Origin: an uncultured Thermoplasmata archaeon
GTDB lineage: Archaea > Thermoplasmatota > Thermoplasmata > Lutacidiplasmatales > UBA184
DNA: 64,000 nt
Direction: 5' to 3'
Assembly: GCA_963771555.1 (NCBI GenBank)
Contig: CAVYTM010000001.1
Coordinates: 633,064-697,063 of the forward strand
The stretch's first letter is position 1, and every line of letters starts with the position of its first letter. The notes beneath the pieces are model-generated. The model was not told the DNA's origin, did no database searches, and saw only the letters and a program-made list of their open reading frames with translations. A program made the translations under genes and the position numbers. Positions 26,041 to 35,283 of the stretch are shown piece by piece.

Positions 26041-26775
26041 GTGGTAAACGATCCTCCCGCCGAGGAGCTCTTTCCGGGAGGCTTCGGCAAACCCTCCTCG
26101 GTCTTCATCTCGGGGAGCAGCCGCTCGTTGCTGAAGTGGTTCGCGTTCGCCTCGCTCGCACCGTACACCTCTCGGGTCTACTGGACCGACGTTCGCCTGC
26201 CGGGAGAGATTCTCGACCCTCTCGACCCGATGTCCATCCATGCCATTCCGGAAGAATCGGTGTACGTTCTCCTGCCCCGGGACCTTTCGCCGGACGACCA
26301 AGGAGCCCATCAGGCCGAAGTGGCCGCGGCCACCATGCTCCGGTCCGATGCCAGCGCGAACTCGATTGAGGGTCTCGTGGAGTTCCTCCGCATGCCGAGC
26401 CACGCCCAGAAGCTGATCTCGGCCACGGGCCGTCCGGGCGCACCCTCGATTCTTGTTACGGCCAATGCCCAGCGCCTCGCCTCGGCGTATCCGCAAGATC
26501 GCATTGCTCCGCTGATGCGCACTATGTTAGAATCCGGAACTTGCCAGGTCGCCCTTTGGGCCGAAGCCCCCACGACATTCACATCGATCTTCGATATCAT
26601 TCTCCACGTGGAAGGAAACGGTTCGGCGGACTGGCGCAACGCGACCGTGCGATGCGAGAAGGGAATCTCCGCCGGACCGCTCGCGTCCGGACGGACCACC
26701 CGCCTCTCCGAGATAGGGTCGATCTCCGCGATACTCGAGAAGTCGGTCCCGACCCCCCCGAGGGGCCCGGGGTAA
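26041..26775 (+). CDS. conserved hypothetical protein, paralog family member 2 (unknown function)
   Basis: 244 aa; paralog of 8826-9539 (shared motifs GSSRxLLxW, YWTDVRLxxExLDPLDP, and EFLxxPxHxQ further along). GTG start. Confidence 0.6.
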   Translation: MVNDPPAEELFPGGFGKPSSVFISGSSRSLLKWFAFASLAPYTSRVYWTDVRLPGEILDPLDPMSIHAIPEESVYVLLPRDLSPDDQGAHQAEVAAATMLRSDASANSIEGLVEFLRMPSHAQKLISATGRPGAPSILVTANAQRLASAYPQDRIAPLMRTMLESGTCQVALWAEAPTTFTSIFDIILHVEGNGSADWRNATVRCEKGISAGPLASGRTTRLSEIGSISAILEKSVPTPPRGPG

Positions 26776-27029
26776 CTTCCTCCGTCGCAACCCCGTACCA
26801 GCGTCGGTCCGACCCACGTCCCGCGCGATCTCACTCGCATCCCGATCTCGTACGGCTTCCACGGATAGGCCGCCATCGTCCGACCTTCGGGAGCGGGATT
26901 ACGTTCGCTGAGGTTCGTGGAAACGAGTCCGCGGCTCACTCGCGGACCGATGACATTCTCGAGAAGCGAATCGAGATTCCGGGCCGCCGCCTAAAATACT
27001 CCCGTCCGTACGCAATCCGCACGCAAGCT

Positions 27030-27603
27030 TTGTACTGCCCCCACTGCGGTGCCCCGACCAGCGCCGACGCGCAATTCTGCCCGTTCTGCGGTACCACCAT
27101 CCCGAGTGCCGCCCCCCCGCTCGCGTCGGCGGGTGGTGGAGGGCTGCCACCTCCCCTCTTCTCCGGCCCCGCGGCGGTCAACCCCCAACCAGCTCCGCTT
27201 CCTCGTCGCCGCCGTCGGCGTTTGGTCATCGCGGTCATCGTGGTCGTGGTGGTCCTGATCGTCGCCGTGGTCGCCGTCGATTTCTTCGAGATGCCACCGG
27301 TACAGGTCGCCTACGTCTTTGTTCTGGGCGCCCGACAATGTCTGCGGCTTGAACACGAACGCGATCGAGTTCCCCGGATACAACGGTTCGACCGGGGCCA
27401 GCCAGACGCTCGACTTCCTGATGCCGAACTACAATGACACGACCTGCACCGTCGTTTCGGCGACGACGAATTCGTCCGGATTCTCGCTTTCCGAAATTCA
27501 GGTGCCGCTCTCCATACCCGCTGGCGGCACCGTGTCGATGAACATCACGATCACTTCTCCCTCGTCGGATTTCTCGGGGAACATGAACCTCGTTCTCGGT
27601 TAG
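27030..27603 (+). CDS. membrane protein: N-terminal C4 zinc ribbon (CPHCG...CPFCG), Pro-rich spacer, one TM helix, glycosylated extracellular domain; apparent +1 frame break near 27318-27320
   Basis: In the 26541-27437 frame: YCPHCGAPTSADAQFCPFCGT, RRRRRR, then TM LVIAVIVVVVVLIVAVVAV. The extracellular Ig-like domain with NxS/T sequons (NGSTG, NDTT, NSSG, NITI) continues in ORF 27319-27603. Removing one T from the TTT run at 27318-20 yields ...VQVAYVLFWAPDNVCGL.... TTG start proposed at 27030. Confidence 0.45.
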
Positions 27604-27665
27604 TTTCGGGCGAATCGAGTCCGCCAACGTTCTCCAACGCGACCCCGAGGGCCGGTTCCCCGCTC

Positions 27666-27881
27666 TTACCCGGAGGGGATCCGGGGTCGGATGCCTTCCG
27701 GGGTTTCGACGGTCCATTGATTCCTCGAGCAATGCTCGAGAATTCGATTGAGGCCCGCCAGCGAGATGCGGTGGCCCCGAGTCTCCAATTCGGCCAGGAT
27801 CTTTCGTCGACGCATCGGTCCCGGAGTAGAACGAAGAAGGGAGAGCACTGCCTCGACGGACCCCGGAGGAATTCCCGCCAT
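27666..27881 (-). CDS. hypothetical small HTH/winged-helix-like protein
   Basis: 71 aa. RRRKILAELETRGHRISLAGLNRILEHCS resembles a helix-turn-helix. Low-complexity flanks, so weak support. Confidence 0.25.
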   Translation of the reverse strand: MAGIPPGSVEAVLSLLRSTPGPMRRRKILAELETRGHRISLAGLNRILEHCSRNQWTVETPEGIRPRIPSG

Positions 27882-27977
27882 GCCGCGCTCAGGCCGCGCA
27901 GAGAATAGCCTCTCCGAGGCAGAAGGTGCGGACGACCGGCTGATTCCCGCGCACCGCGATCGTCACTAATCCGACGA

Positions 27978-29006
27978 TCACCCTTGCGAGGATCGGCCCA
28001 GCGCTCTCCAACGGTCGATCCCGTCGCACACCAGACCGATGGCGAGGCCGAACACGAGGATCGCCATCAACGGGAAGACGTACATCCACCAGTACGAGAG
28101 CTGCCCGGGGAATCCTGCCCCGAAACAGGTGCCGACACCGAGCAGATACCCCCACTCGGGGAACACCACGGACGGAAGTGGCGAGAGGGCCGGGAGGCCG
28201 GGGACCGCATACCCGCTCTGGAGGGCCGGCGACGGGCCGGCGCAGTTGCAGTACCACGGGAACGCCGCGAGAACGAAGAAGATGGGAGCCACGTCCAACG
28301 GCAGTTGCGCGAGCATCGGGCCGAGCGAGTTCGGTAGGATGTGCCGAAGGAGGATGTGCCCCCGGGTCGCCCCCGACGCACGCGAGGCTTCAACGTACGG
28401 CTCGTGGGAAACCGCACGAGCGCGCTCGCGGACGGTGCGGGACATCGTGGGCCAGAGGACGAAACCGAAGACCCCGACGAAGGCCGGGAGACCGAGGTTC
28501 GGCGGGAGGACGATCGCGAGGCCCGCGAACGCGATGATGACGAGGATGAAGGAGGGAATCGCCCCGAGCGAGTCCCCCATGAACGTCACGACCCCGTCGA
28601 GAACCCCGCCCTCACGGGCTCCGGCGATCGCACCGAGGAAGAATCCGAGGAACACATCGATCGCGAGGATGCTCCCGACGATGGCCAGGTCCCAGGGAGT
28701 GGCCTGCCAGATCGCCCGGAACAGGTCGGTACCGAAACCTGGCAGGATGCCGAACGGGTGGGCCCAGGACGGTGCGATCGGAGCGTACGCGGGGATCCAG
28801 TCACGGTTGGTGGAGAGATGGTTGAGCGAACCCTGGAACTCCACGAGCGCCGATAGTCCCGCAATGACGTAGGCGAGCAGCAAGCCGACCCCGACCAGGA
28901 GACCGAGGCCGGGGGCCGGCGCCCCCATCGTTCCCGCAACGTGGGTTGGCGGAGGACCATCTGCGTCGCCGGAGCCGGATCGTCGGTCATCGAGCCAGCG
29001 CCCCAC
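27978..29006 (-). CDS. ABC transporter permease, DppC/OppC-like (peptide/nickel family)
   Basis: Six TM helices and the binding-protein-dependent transport EAA-like loop (SRTVRERARAVSHEPYVEASRASGATRGHILLRHILPNSLGPMLAQ). Confidence 0.75.
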   Translation of the reverse strand: MGRWLDDRRSGSGDADGPPPTHVAGTMGAPAPGLGLLVGVGLLLAYVIAGLSALVEFQGSLNHLSTNRDWIPAYAPIAPSWAHPFGILPGFGTDLFRAIWQATPWDLAIVGSILAIDVFLGFFLGAIAGAREGGVLDGVVTFMGDSLGAIPSFILVIIAFAGLAIVLPPNLGLPAFVGVFGFVLWPTMSRTVRERARAVSHEPYVEASRASGATRGHILLRHILPNSLGPMLAQLPLDVAPIFFVLAAFPWYCNCAGPSPALQSGYAVPGLPALSPLPSVVFPEWGYLLGVGTCFGAGFPGQLSYWWMYVFPLMAILVFGLAIGLVCDGIDRWRALGRSSQG

Positions 29007-30210
29007 GCGGGTCGAGCCGGACCGCGATGATGTCGACGAGGAAGGTCCACGTGAGGACCACGATGGCGAGCAGGAACGCGAGCGCGTCGAGGGGGGTGAG
29101 GCCCTCGACCGCGTTCAGGGCGGACCCGCCCGGGGATAACAGCGCGAACACGAGATTTCCGAAACCGGCGTAATCCGCGAAAGCCGCCTCGACGGCGAAC
29201 TGAACGCCGAGGTATTCGGGGATCGTGAGCGCGAAGACCAAGAGGAACGAGGGGGTCACCTGCTTCGCAGCATGGCGCCAGAGGAGGGTTCGTTCGGAGA
29301 TCCCGCGGGAGCGGCCTCCGACGATGTACGGCTCCTCGCTGGCCGAGCGGACGATCGACCGAGCGTGACGGAAGAAGATGGCCACGTACGCGATCGCGAC
29401 GACCGCCGCCTGGAGAAGGGTCTTCGTGAGCGAGATGAAGGCCACGTCCCACGCGTGATGGACGAGTGCATCGATCAGTGGGAATCCCGTCGGCCGGGTC
29501 ACGGAATCATAGATGACCCAGGAAGGGTAGCCTCCCCGGTCGAGGAACCATGACGTCGACGGGATCAGACCCTGGTTCGGAAGGTCGTTGAGCCATCCGA
29601 GGTAACTGAAGAAGACGGCATTCACGACCAGCGTTCCGACCACGAAAACCGGGAGCAAAGCACCCGTGAGGGTGATGAAACGAGCCGGAACGTCCAGCCC
29701 GGGACGTCGGCTCCAACCCACGAGAAGGCTCACGGGGTAGGCCAGCGCCGCGGCGATCGGGAGGGAAAACAGCGCGAGTTGAATCGACGTCGGGATGTAG
29801 TATGCGTAGACCTGGAGCCATGGGATGTGAAAGCTCAGGAAGTCCGCTTGTCCCCAGTTTCCTGTAAAGTCGTTGACCAGTACCTGATAGAACCCTTGGA
29901 AGAAACCGCCGAACCCCACCGTGGTGCCCTGGGCCACCGTGAGCGGGATGGTGATGGCCGCATAGAGGACCAAGAGCACGAAGACGAGCTGGGCCGGGAT
30001 CAGAGCCAGACGTCGCAGAACATACCGGTGGAACCCCGAGAGGCGTCGACGCCCCAGTTCGCCGGGCACGGACGGGTGGGGACTCCCCGGAAGACGCCGA
30101 GGGAATCCCGCGCCAGGAAGGGAAGCTTCTCGACGAGCTGCATCGGTAGGGATCCAACCCGGGGGGAGCGTCATGCCCGAAGCGTGTCTCTCTCCTTCGC
30201 TCGATGGCAT
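28987..30210 (-). CDS. ABC transporter permease, DppB/OppB-like
   Basis: Polytopic. Conserved permease region EEPYIVGGRSRGISERTLLWRHAAKQVTPSFLLVFALTIPEYLGVQFAVEAAF. Overlaps the downstream permease by 20 nt (operon). Confidence 0.75.
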   Translation of the reverse strand: MPSSEGERHASGMTLPPGWIPTDAARREASLPGAGFPRRLPGSPHPSVPGELGRRRLSGFHRYVLRRLALIPAQLVFVLLVLYAAITIPLTVAQGTTVGFGGFFQGFYQVLVNDFTGNWGQADFLSFHIPWLQVYAYYIPTSIQLALFSLPIAAALAYPVSLLVGWSRRPGLDVPARFITLTGALLPVFVVGTLVVNAVFFSYLGWLNDLPNQGLIPSTSWFLDRGGYPSWVIYDSVTRPTGFPLIDALVHHAWDVAFISLTKTLLQAAVVAIAYVAIFFRHARSIVRSASEEPYIVGGRSRGISERTLLWRHAAKQVTPSFLLVFALTIPEYLGVQFAVEAAFADYAGFGNLVFALLSPGGSALNAVEGLTPLDALAFLLAIVVLTWTFLVDIIAVRLDPRGALAR

Positions 30211-30499
30211 CGGTTCTTCCGAACGGTCCGATTCTCGCCGATGGGGAGATCGAGGCGGATGGACGAGTCACCCTTCCTCGGTCGCGGTACTTCGGGTCGA
30301 TACCCGGGTTCCCTGCCCTCGCGCGGGATGTCCGCCACTTGTCTTATAGTCGGTGGCGAGCGACGCTGGGCGGCGGGCACGAGGCCCGACGCACGCCTCG
30401 GACCTTCCCCGCGGGGAACCGGCGACTGACCGTCCCGCGGTGCGTGCGGAACTCCTCGGGGGGGCACGGTATTGTGCCTGCCGAGCTTGGGCTGTTCTG

Positions 30500-31366
30500 G
30501 TGGCGGCCGAAGTCGTCGTTATCGTGTCCGACGCCGACCCCGTGGCTCGAGGCGTTGCGGCCGAGTGGGGAACCCTGCCCTCCTCGGGAGACCACCTCGA
30601 GGGCGCGCCGTTACGTTACCTCACGGAGAAGGTGCTCGTGGTTCGTCGGCCGGGGCCGCATATCCATGACGAGGGCGTAGACCTCCTCCTGCCCTTGGCG
30701 GTTCGCCAAGCCCGACCTACCCTCGTCTTTCCGTCCATCCACCGGAGCGAGCGGAACGTTCCGTGCCTGACGGTGCACCCGCTCGGCAACCCGGGACCTC
30801 GCGCCGAGGTCGGTGGACGCCCTCGGACGCTGGTCCCGGCGGACCCGCGACGGATGGCCAGTGCGTTGCGCCTCCTCGACGAGGGCGCAACTCCCTTAGG
30901 ATGGAGCGCGACCTACGAGGCGACCCACCACGGACCAGAAGTCGGCCTTCCCGCGTTCTTCATCGAGATCGGATACGGCGAGCTCACCGAGCCACCACCG
31001 ACGGCCATTCGTGTCCTGGCCGACGTCATCGCCCGGATCGCCGTCGATCCCACGGATCGGGTCGCCCTCGGGATCGGGGGCGGCCACTACGTTCCGCACT
31101 TCACCGAGATCGCCCTGCGCCGATCCTGGGCCTTCGGACATCTCCTCTCGCGTCACGCCCTCGAAGAGCTCGACCGTGCGACGGCCCAGGAGGCATATTC
31201 GAAGACCGGAAAGGCCGAGGGGGTGGTGTACGCTCGCGCCGAGGACGCTCGCCACCCGGTGCTCGAGGGAGTCGGCCCTCGCCTGCGCGAACAGGATGCC
31301 CCGAATCGGCCTCGGGGCGCCGACCGAATTCCTACGGGCGGCGTTCGTTCGGCTTCTGGAACATGA
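30500..31366 (+). CDS. dtdA: D-aminoacyl-tRNA deacylase, archaeal type (DtdA)
   Basis: Strong motif matches to DtdA: YEATHHGP, FFIEIGYGE, ALGIGGGHYVP, AFGHLLSRHA. The first ~49 codons of ORF 30353-31366 are Arg-rich; start proposed at GTG 30500 (VAAEVVVIVSDAD). Confidence 0.8.
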   Translation: MAAEVVVIVSDADPVARGVAAEWGTLPSSGDHLEGAPLRYLTEKVLVVRRPGPHIHDEGVDLLLPLAVRQARPTLVFPSIHRSERNVPCLTVHPLGNPGPRAEVGGRPRTLVPADPRRMASALRLLDEGATPLGWSATYEATHHGPEVGLPAFFIEIGYGELTEPPPTAIRVLADVIARIAVDPTDRVALGIGGGHYVPHFTEIALRRSWAFGHLLSRHALEELDRATAQEAYSKTGKAEGVVYARAEDARHPVLEGVGPRLREQDAPNRPRGADRIPTGGVRSASGT

Positions 31367-31589
31367 TAGCGCCCGACCGGTAGACCGCCTTACCGAGGCG
31401 CAAGGATTGGGTGGAGGCCACGCTCGGCGACCTCTCGGCCAGCATCAGGCTCTCGACGATCTGCCGGAAGAGCGCGCTCTGGTTGATCTCGGGATGGCGG
31501 TTGAGGAACTCGCTCTCTTCCGGAGTGATCGTGATGTTCTTTCGGGTCATTCCCTGAGGCATTGATTCCATCTTCGGTCGCGGCGCCAT
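31332..31589 (-). CDS. ribbon-helix-helix (CopG/Arc-like) DNA-binding protein
   Basis: RKNITITPEESEFLNRHPEINQSALFRQIVESLM fits the RHH beta-alpha-alpha pattern. The true start is probably an internal Met (31571 or 31550). Confidence 0.45.
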   Translation of the reverse strand: MAPRPKMESMPQGMTRKNITITPEESEFLNRHPEINQSALFRQIVESLMLAERSPSVASTQSLRLGKAVYRSGAIMFQKPNERRP

Positions 31590-31734
31590 GATGGCCGAAA
31601 CCGATTACACGTATAAGTGCGTATTGGTGGTGGGGTGGGGGCCCTCCCGCCCTCGCCCCGGAGCGGCGCTGAGTCGCTGACGTTCTACGGAGAAAAAGGG
31701 CCGGTCCGGTCCCGAACTTGCCGATGGGTGGGCG

Positions 31735-33006
31735 CTACGGGCTCCCTACCGGACCGGCGAGGACCGTGACGGCGCGGCGTCGGTCCATCGCCCGATCCGC
31801 GGCCGCCCTCAGCTCTCGAGTCGTCACCGACCGAAGCATGGTGGGCCAGCGCGAAAGGTAGTCTCCGGGAAGGCGCTGGTAGGCCACCTCGACCGCCAGC
31901 TCGTGCGCGTCGGACGTCGACTCGAGGGCGAGAGGCAACTCTCCGATCGTGCTCTCGCGGATCTCTCGCAGCTCTGCGGAAGAGACCTCCTGGGTTTCGA
32001 TGCGCTCGAGCTCCCTCGTCAACATCGGGACGACCTTCCTCCATCGCTCCGCCCCGGTTCCCGCCCCGACCATCCAGTGTCCTCCGAAGCGCATAGCGTC
32101 GAGCTCGCTCGAAGCGTGATAGACGAGTCCTCCCTGTTCGCGGACCCGTTGGAAGAGCCGGCTCAACTGCGCCCGCCCACCGAGGATCTCGTTCGCGAGG
32201 AACGCGGCAGGGTACTCCGGGTCCGAGCGCGCGATCGAATCTCCGCCGAGACGGATCTCGACTTGCGAACGCCCACGCAGCTCCACATGGATGGTCCGGG
32301 GAGGTCGCGGCCGGACTTGCGGCAAGCGAAGCGGTGGGGGGTGTTCTTCCGCGAATCCCGAGAAGAGCGTGCGCGCCGCAGCCTCGACGGCGGCGAGTCG
32401 CGCCGGTGCCGTGACGACGAGCAAGCCGTCGCCGCTGGTGTAATGGCGTCGATGGAATTGGCGCAACTTGGCCCGGGTGAGCCGCGCCACCGAGCGGGTA
32501 TCTCCGAGGCCGCTCAATCGATACGGGTGCCCTTCCGGGTAGGTGGCTCGAAAGAGCTCCCGGTCTGCGCGGCTACCCGGTTGGGAGAGCTCGCGTAGTT
32601 GGAGCTCGGAGAGCTGTCGGCGCACTCGGACGAGGTCGTCCGCCTCGAATCGAGGTCGCAGGACCACGTCGGCGAGCACGCCGAGGAGCTTCTGCCAGTC
32701 CTCCGCCGGCCCCCAGAGGGTGACCTCGGCCGATTCGGGGGCGCATTCCGTGGAGAGCGTGGCGCCGGCGCCGTCGAGGAGCCGTGCCAGGGCAACGCGA
32801 TCAAACCGTCCCGCTCCGCTCGAGAGGAGTTTATTGACCACCCTTGCCGTGCCGCTCTCTCCCCTGGGGTCGAATCCCCAGCCCGCGGGGCCGACATAGG
32901 ACGCCGAGAAGCTGGCCGCTCCAGCCGGGGCAGGTTGTCGAACGACGGTCAATCCGTCGATCTCCTTCCCATACTCGACCCGCAATGGGTCGCGGTTCTC
33001 ACTCAT
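31735..33006 (-). CDS. M16-family (pitrilysin/insulinase-like) peptidase, non-catalytic beta-type subunit
   Basis: M16 fold-like length (423 aa) with no HxxEH motif. Stop/start overlap with the upstream catalytic M16 gene. Confidence 0.7.
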   Translation of the reverse strand: MSENRDPLRVEYGKEIDGLTVVRQPAPAGAASFSASYVGPAGWGFDPRGESGTARVVNKLLSSGAGRFDRVALARLLDGAGATLSTECAPESAEVTLWGPAEDWQKLLGVLADVVLRPRFEADDLVRVRRQLSELQLRELSQPGSRADRELFRATYPEGHPYRLSGLGDTRSVARLTRAKLRQFHRRHYTSGDGLLVVTAPARLAAVEAAARTLFSGFAEEHPPPLRLPQVRPRPPRTIHVELRGRSQVEIRLGGDSIARSDPEYPAAFLANEILGGRAQLSRLFQRVREQGGLVYHASSELDAMRFGGHWMVGAGTGAERWRKVVPMLTRELERIETQEVSSAELREIRESTIGELPLALESTSDAHELAVEVAYQRLPGDYLSRWPTMLRSVTTRELRAAADRAMDRRRAVTVLAGPVGSP

Positions 33007-34318
33007 TGTTCACCCCTCCCGTTGGTACGTATCTCACGACGATCCGTGCTTCCTTCCGGAACAAGGCGCGGGCCCGATCCCGGATCACCTTTGCGGAAAC
33101 GCGAAGGAGATCTCGGTAGAACTCGTCCTCCAGGCTCAACGAGCGCAGCGTCGCGAAGTAACCGATTCGGAATCCGGTGCTCGTAGCTCCTTCGTAGGCC
33201 AGGGCGGCCCCGCGGCGGACGCGCGTCCTCACGTCCGACATCTCCTTGACCGACGGCCCGTCTCGGGCGAGACGGTCGACCACCGCTTCGAGGGCGGTCT
33301 CGACTTGGTCGAGGGAGACACCCTTCGCGGCCTGGGCCTGTACCGTGAATAGGCTGGGATAGACGTGGGGAGTCCAGCCGCTGGTCGCACGGACGGCGAG
33401 CCCCGTGTCCACCAGGGCCCTATAGAGCCGGGCGGTCGGATGCTCCCGGCGGCCCCGCCAGCCCATGCCGGCCGAGAAGACGCGACTCTCCCCGCCGAGG
33501 ATCGTATCCAGAACGAGGGTGGCGGGGGTCGCCGGGTCCGCAAGTCCCGGAGAGCGCCAACCGACCTGAATGTACGGAGTGGTGCCCGGCCCCGAAAGTG
33601 TCGAGCGTCGCTCGCCGACCTGCGGCGGTTCGACGTCCCCGACCACCACGCTCTCTCCCCAGGCGGGAAGCTTCGAGAATCGCCGGCGGACCTCGGCCTC
33701 GGTTCGGCGTACGTCGAATCCTCCCGCGACCACCAGGACGGCGTTCTTCGGGCCGTAGAATCGTCGGTAGTACTGGCGCAACTGCTCCGCGGTCATCTCT
33801 TCGATGTCGCGGCGACGCCCGAGAGCGTCCCACCGGTAGGGATGGACTCGGAACGCCAACTGGAGAAGCTCCTCCTCGACTCGGAATTCCGGCCAGTTCT
33901 CGTTCCCTTCGCGCTCGGAATGAATGACCGTCCGTTCCCGCGCCACCTCCTCGTCGGTGATCGCCGCTCGCGTCATCCGGTCGGCCTCGATGTCCAGTGG
34001 CACCGAGAGGTGGTCGCGCGGAACCGTCGTGAAGTAGGCCGTGAAGTCCGTGTCCGTGAAGGCGTTCAGTTCTCCCCCGACCCGGAGAACCGCGCGGTCG
34101 ATCTCGCCCTTCGCATAGCGCGGAGAGCCCTCGAACAGCATATGCTCGACCCAGTGGGATGCCCCGGTAATTCCCGGCACCTCGTTCTTGGAGCCGACCC
34201 GGTACCACACCCAAACGCTCGCGGTCGGACTCGACGCGTCCGGAGCGAGAAGCACTCGCAGGCCGTTCGCGAGCGTCAGCGAGCGGATCCTCGGGCGCCG
34301 GACACTCGAGCGTGGCAT
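32999..34318 (-). CDS. M16-family zinc peptidase, catalytic subunit (HxxEH)
   Basis: Inverted zinc motif HWVEHMLFEGS; 439 aa. TATA-like CTTATAAC box at 34341-34348, 23-30 nt upstream of the start. Confidence 0.8.
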   Translation of the reverse strand: MPRSSVRRPRIRSLTLANGLRVLLAPDASSPTASVWVWYRVGSKNEVPGITGASHWVEHMLFEGSPRYAKGEIDRAVLRVGGELNAFTDTDFTAYFTTVPRDHLSVPLDIEADRMTRAAITDEEVARERTVIHSEREGNENWPEFRVEEELLQLAFRVHPYRWDALGRRRDIEEMTAEQLRQYYRRFYGPKNAVLVVAGGFDVRRTEAEVRRRFSKLPAWGESVVVGDVEPPQVGERRSTLSGPGTTPYIQVGWRSPGLADPATPATLVLDTILGGESRVFSAGMGWRGRREHPTARLYRALVDTGLAVRATSGWTPHVYPSLFTVQAQAAKGVSLDQVETALEAVVDRLARDGPSVKEMSDVRTRVRRGAALAYEGATSTGFRIGYFATLRSLSLEDEFYRDLLRVSAKVIRDRARALFRKEARIVVRYVPTGGVNNE

Positions 34319-34434
34319 TGACCGTGCGCCAGCGTTGGCGGCTTATAACGCGCGTCCGAGGGTCACTCCAACCTCGGGGAGCCGCCTCCCCCTCCGGCAC
34401 AACCGTTAAGCGAACGGGCCGACCATCGGGCCCC

Positions 34435-35283
34435 GTGCATCCGGCGCTCCGTTTGGTGCGCGCGGGCAACCTCGGCGTTTCGTTCGTCGGAACGATCGTG
34501 GGCGGGCTCGTCGCACAGGGTGCGGGCGTCTCCGTCCCGGTCGCGCTCTGGTGGGCGCTCCTCCTCGCGGGACTCTCGACCGCCTTCGTCACCGCCGGCG
34601 GAAACGTCCTCAACGACCTTCTCGACCTCGAGGGGGACCGGACCAACCACCCGGACCGACCTCTCGTCACCGGTGAAGTGTCGGTCCGGGCGGCCCGCGG
34701 GCTTGCGACGACCCTCTTCGCCCTCGGAATCTTGGTGGCGGTGCCGGTCGCGATCGAGCAGCCCCTCGTGGGGGTCATTCTCGCGGTCGCAGTTGCCCTC
34801 CTGCTCGGCTACGAATTCCGTTTCAAGAAGGCGGGGTTCGTAGGGAACCTCGTGGTCGCCTTCCTCACCGGAGTCGTCTTCCTCTATGGGGGGGCGGCGG
34901 CGGGCGACGCGCTGCTTCTCCTTCCCTTCGCCGCCATGGCGTTCCTCGCGACCTTGAGTCGCGAGGTGGTCAAGGACATGGAGGACCTCGCCGGGGATGT
35001 CGGAAGGACCACCCTCCCCAAGCTATACGGTCTTGCGACGGCGGCGGCCACGGCGCGAGGAGCGGTGGCGGGCGGCATCGTGCTCAGTCTCGTTCCGTTG
35101 GCATGGTTCGTTGTTGGGACTTCGGGGGTCGGGATTATCTACGTTGTTCTGGTCGGGGCGGCTGACGCGATCTTCGTGGTGTCGATCTGGCACCTCCCCG
35201 ACCGGCTGCACTACGAACAAACGTTGAGCAAGGTAGCGATGACGGTGGCTTTGTTCGCATTCCTGGCGGTGGCGTTCCGGTGA
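34435..35283 (+). CDS. digeranylgeranylglyceryl phosphate synthase (UbiA prenyltransferase family)
   Basis: Polytopic. UbiA Asp-rich motif NVLNDLLDLEGDRTNHPDRPLVTG and a second D-rich region EVVKDMEDLAGD. The first 41 codons of ORF 34312-35283 are Arg-rich; start proposed at GTG 34435. Confidence 0.8.
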   Translation: MHPALRLVRAGNLGVSFVGTIVGGLVAQGAGVSVPVALWWALLLAGLSTAFVTAGGNVLNDLLDLEGDRTNHPDRPLVTGEVSVRAARGLATTLFALGILVAVPVAIEQPLVGVILAVAVALLLGYEFRFKKAGFVGNLVVAFLTGVVFLYGGAAAGDALLLLPFAAMAFLATLSREVVKDMEDLAGDVGRTTLPKLYGLATAAATARGAVAGGIVLSLVPLAWFVVGTSGVGIIYVVLVGAADAIFVVSIWHLPDRLHYEQTLSKVAMTVALFAFLAVAFR

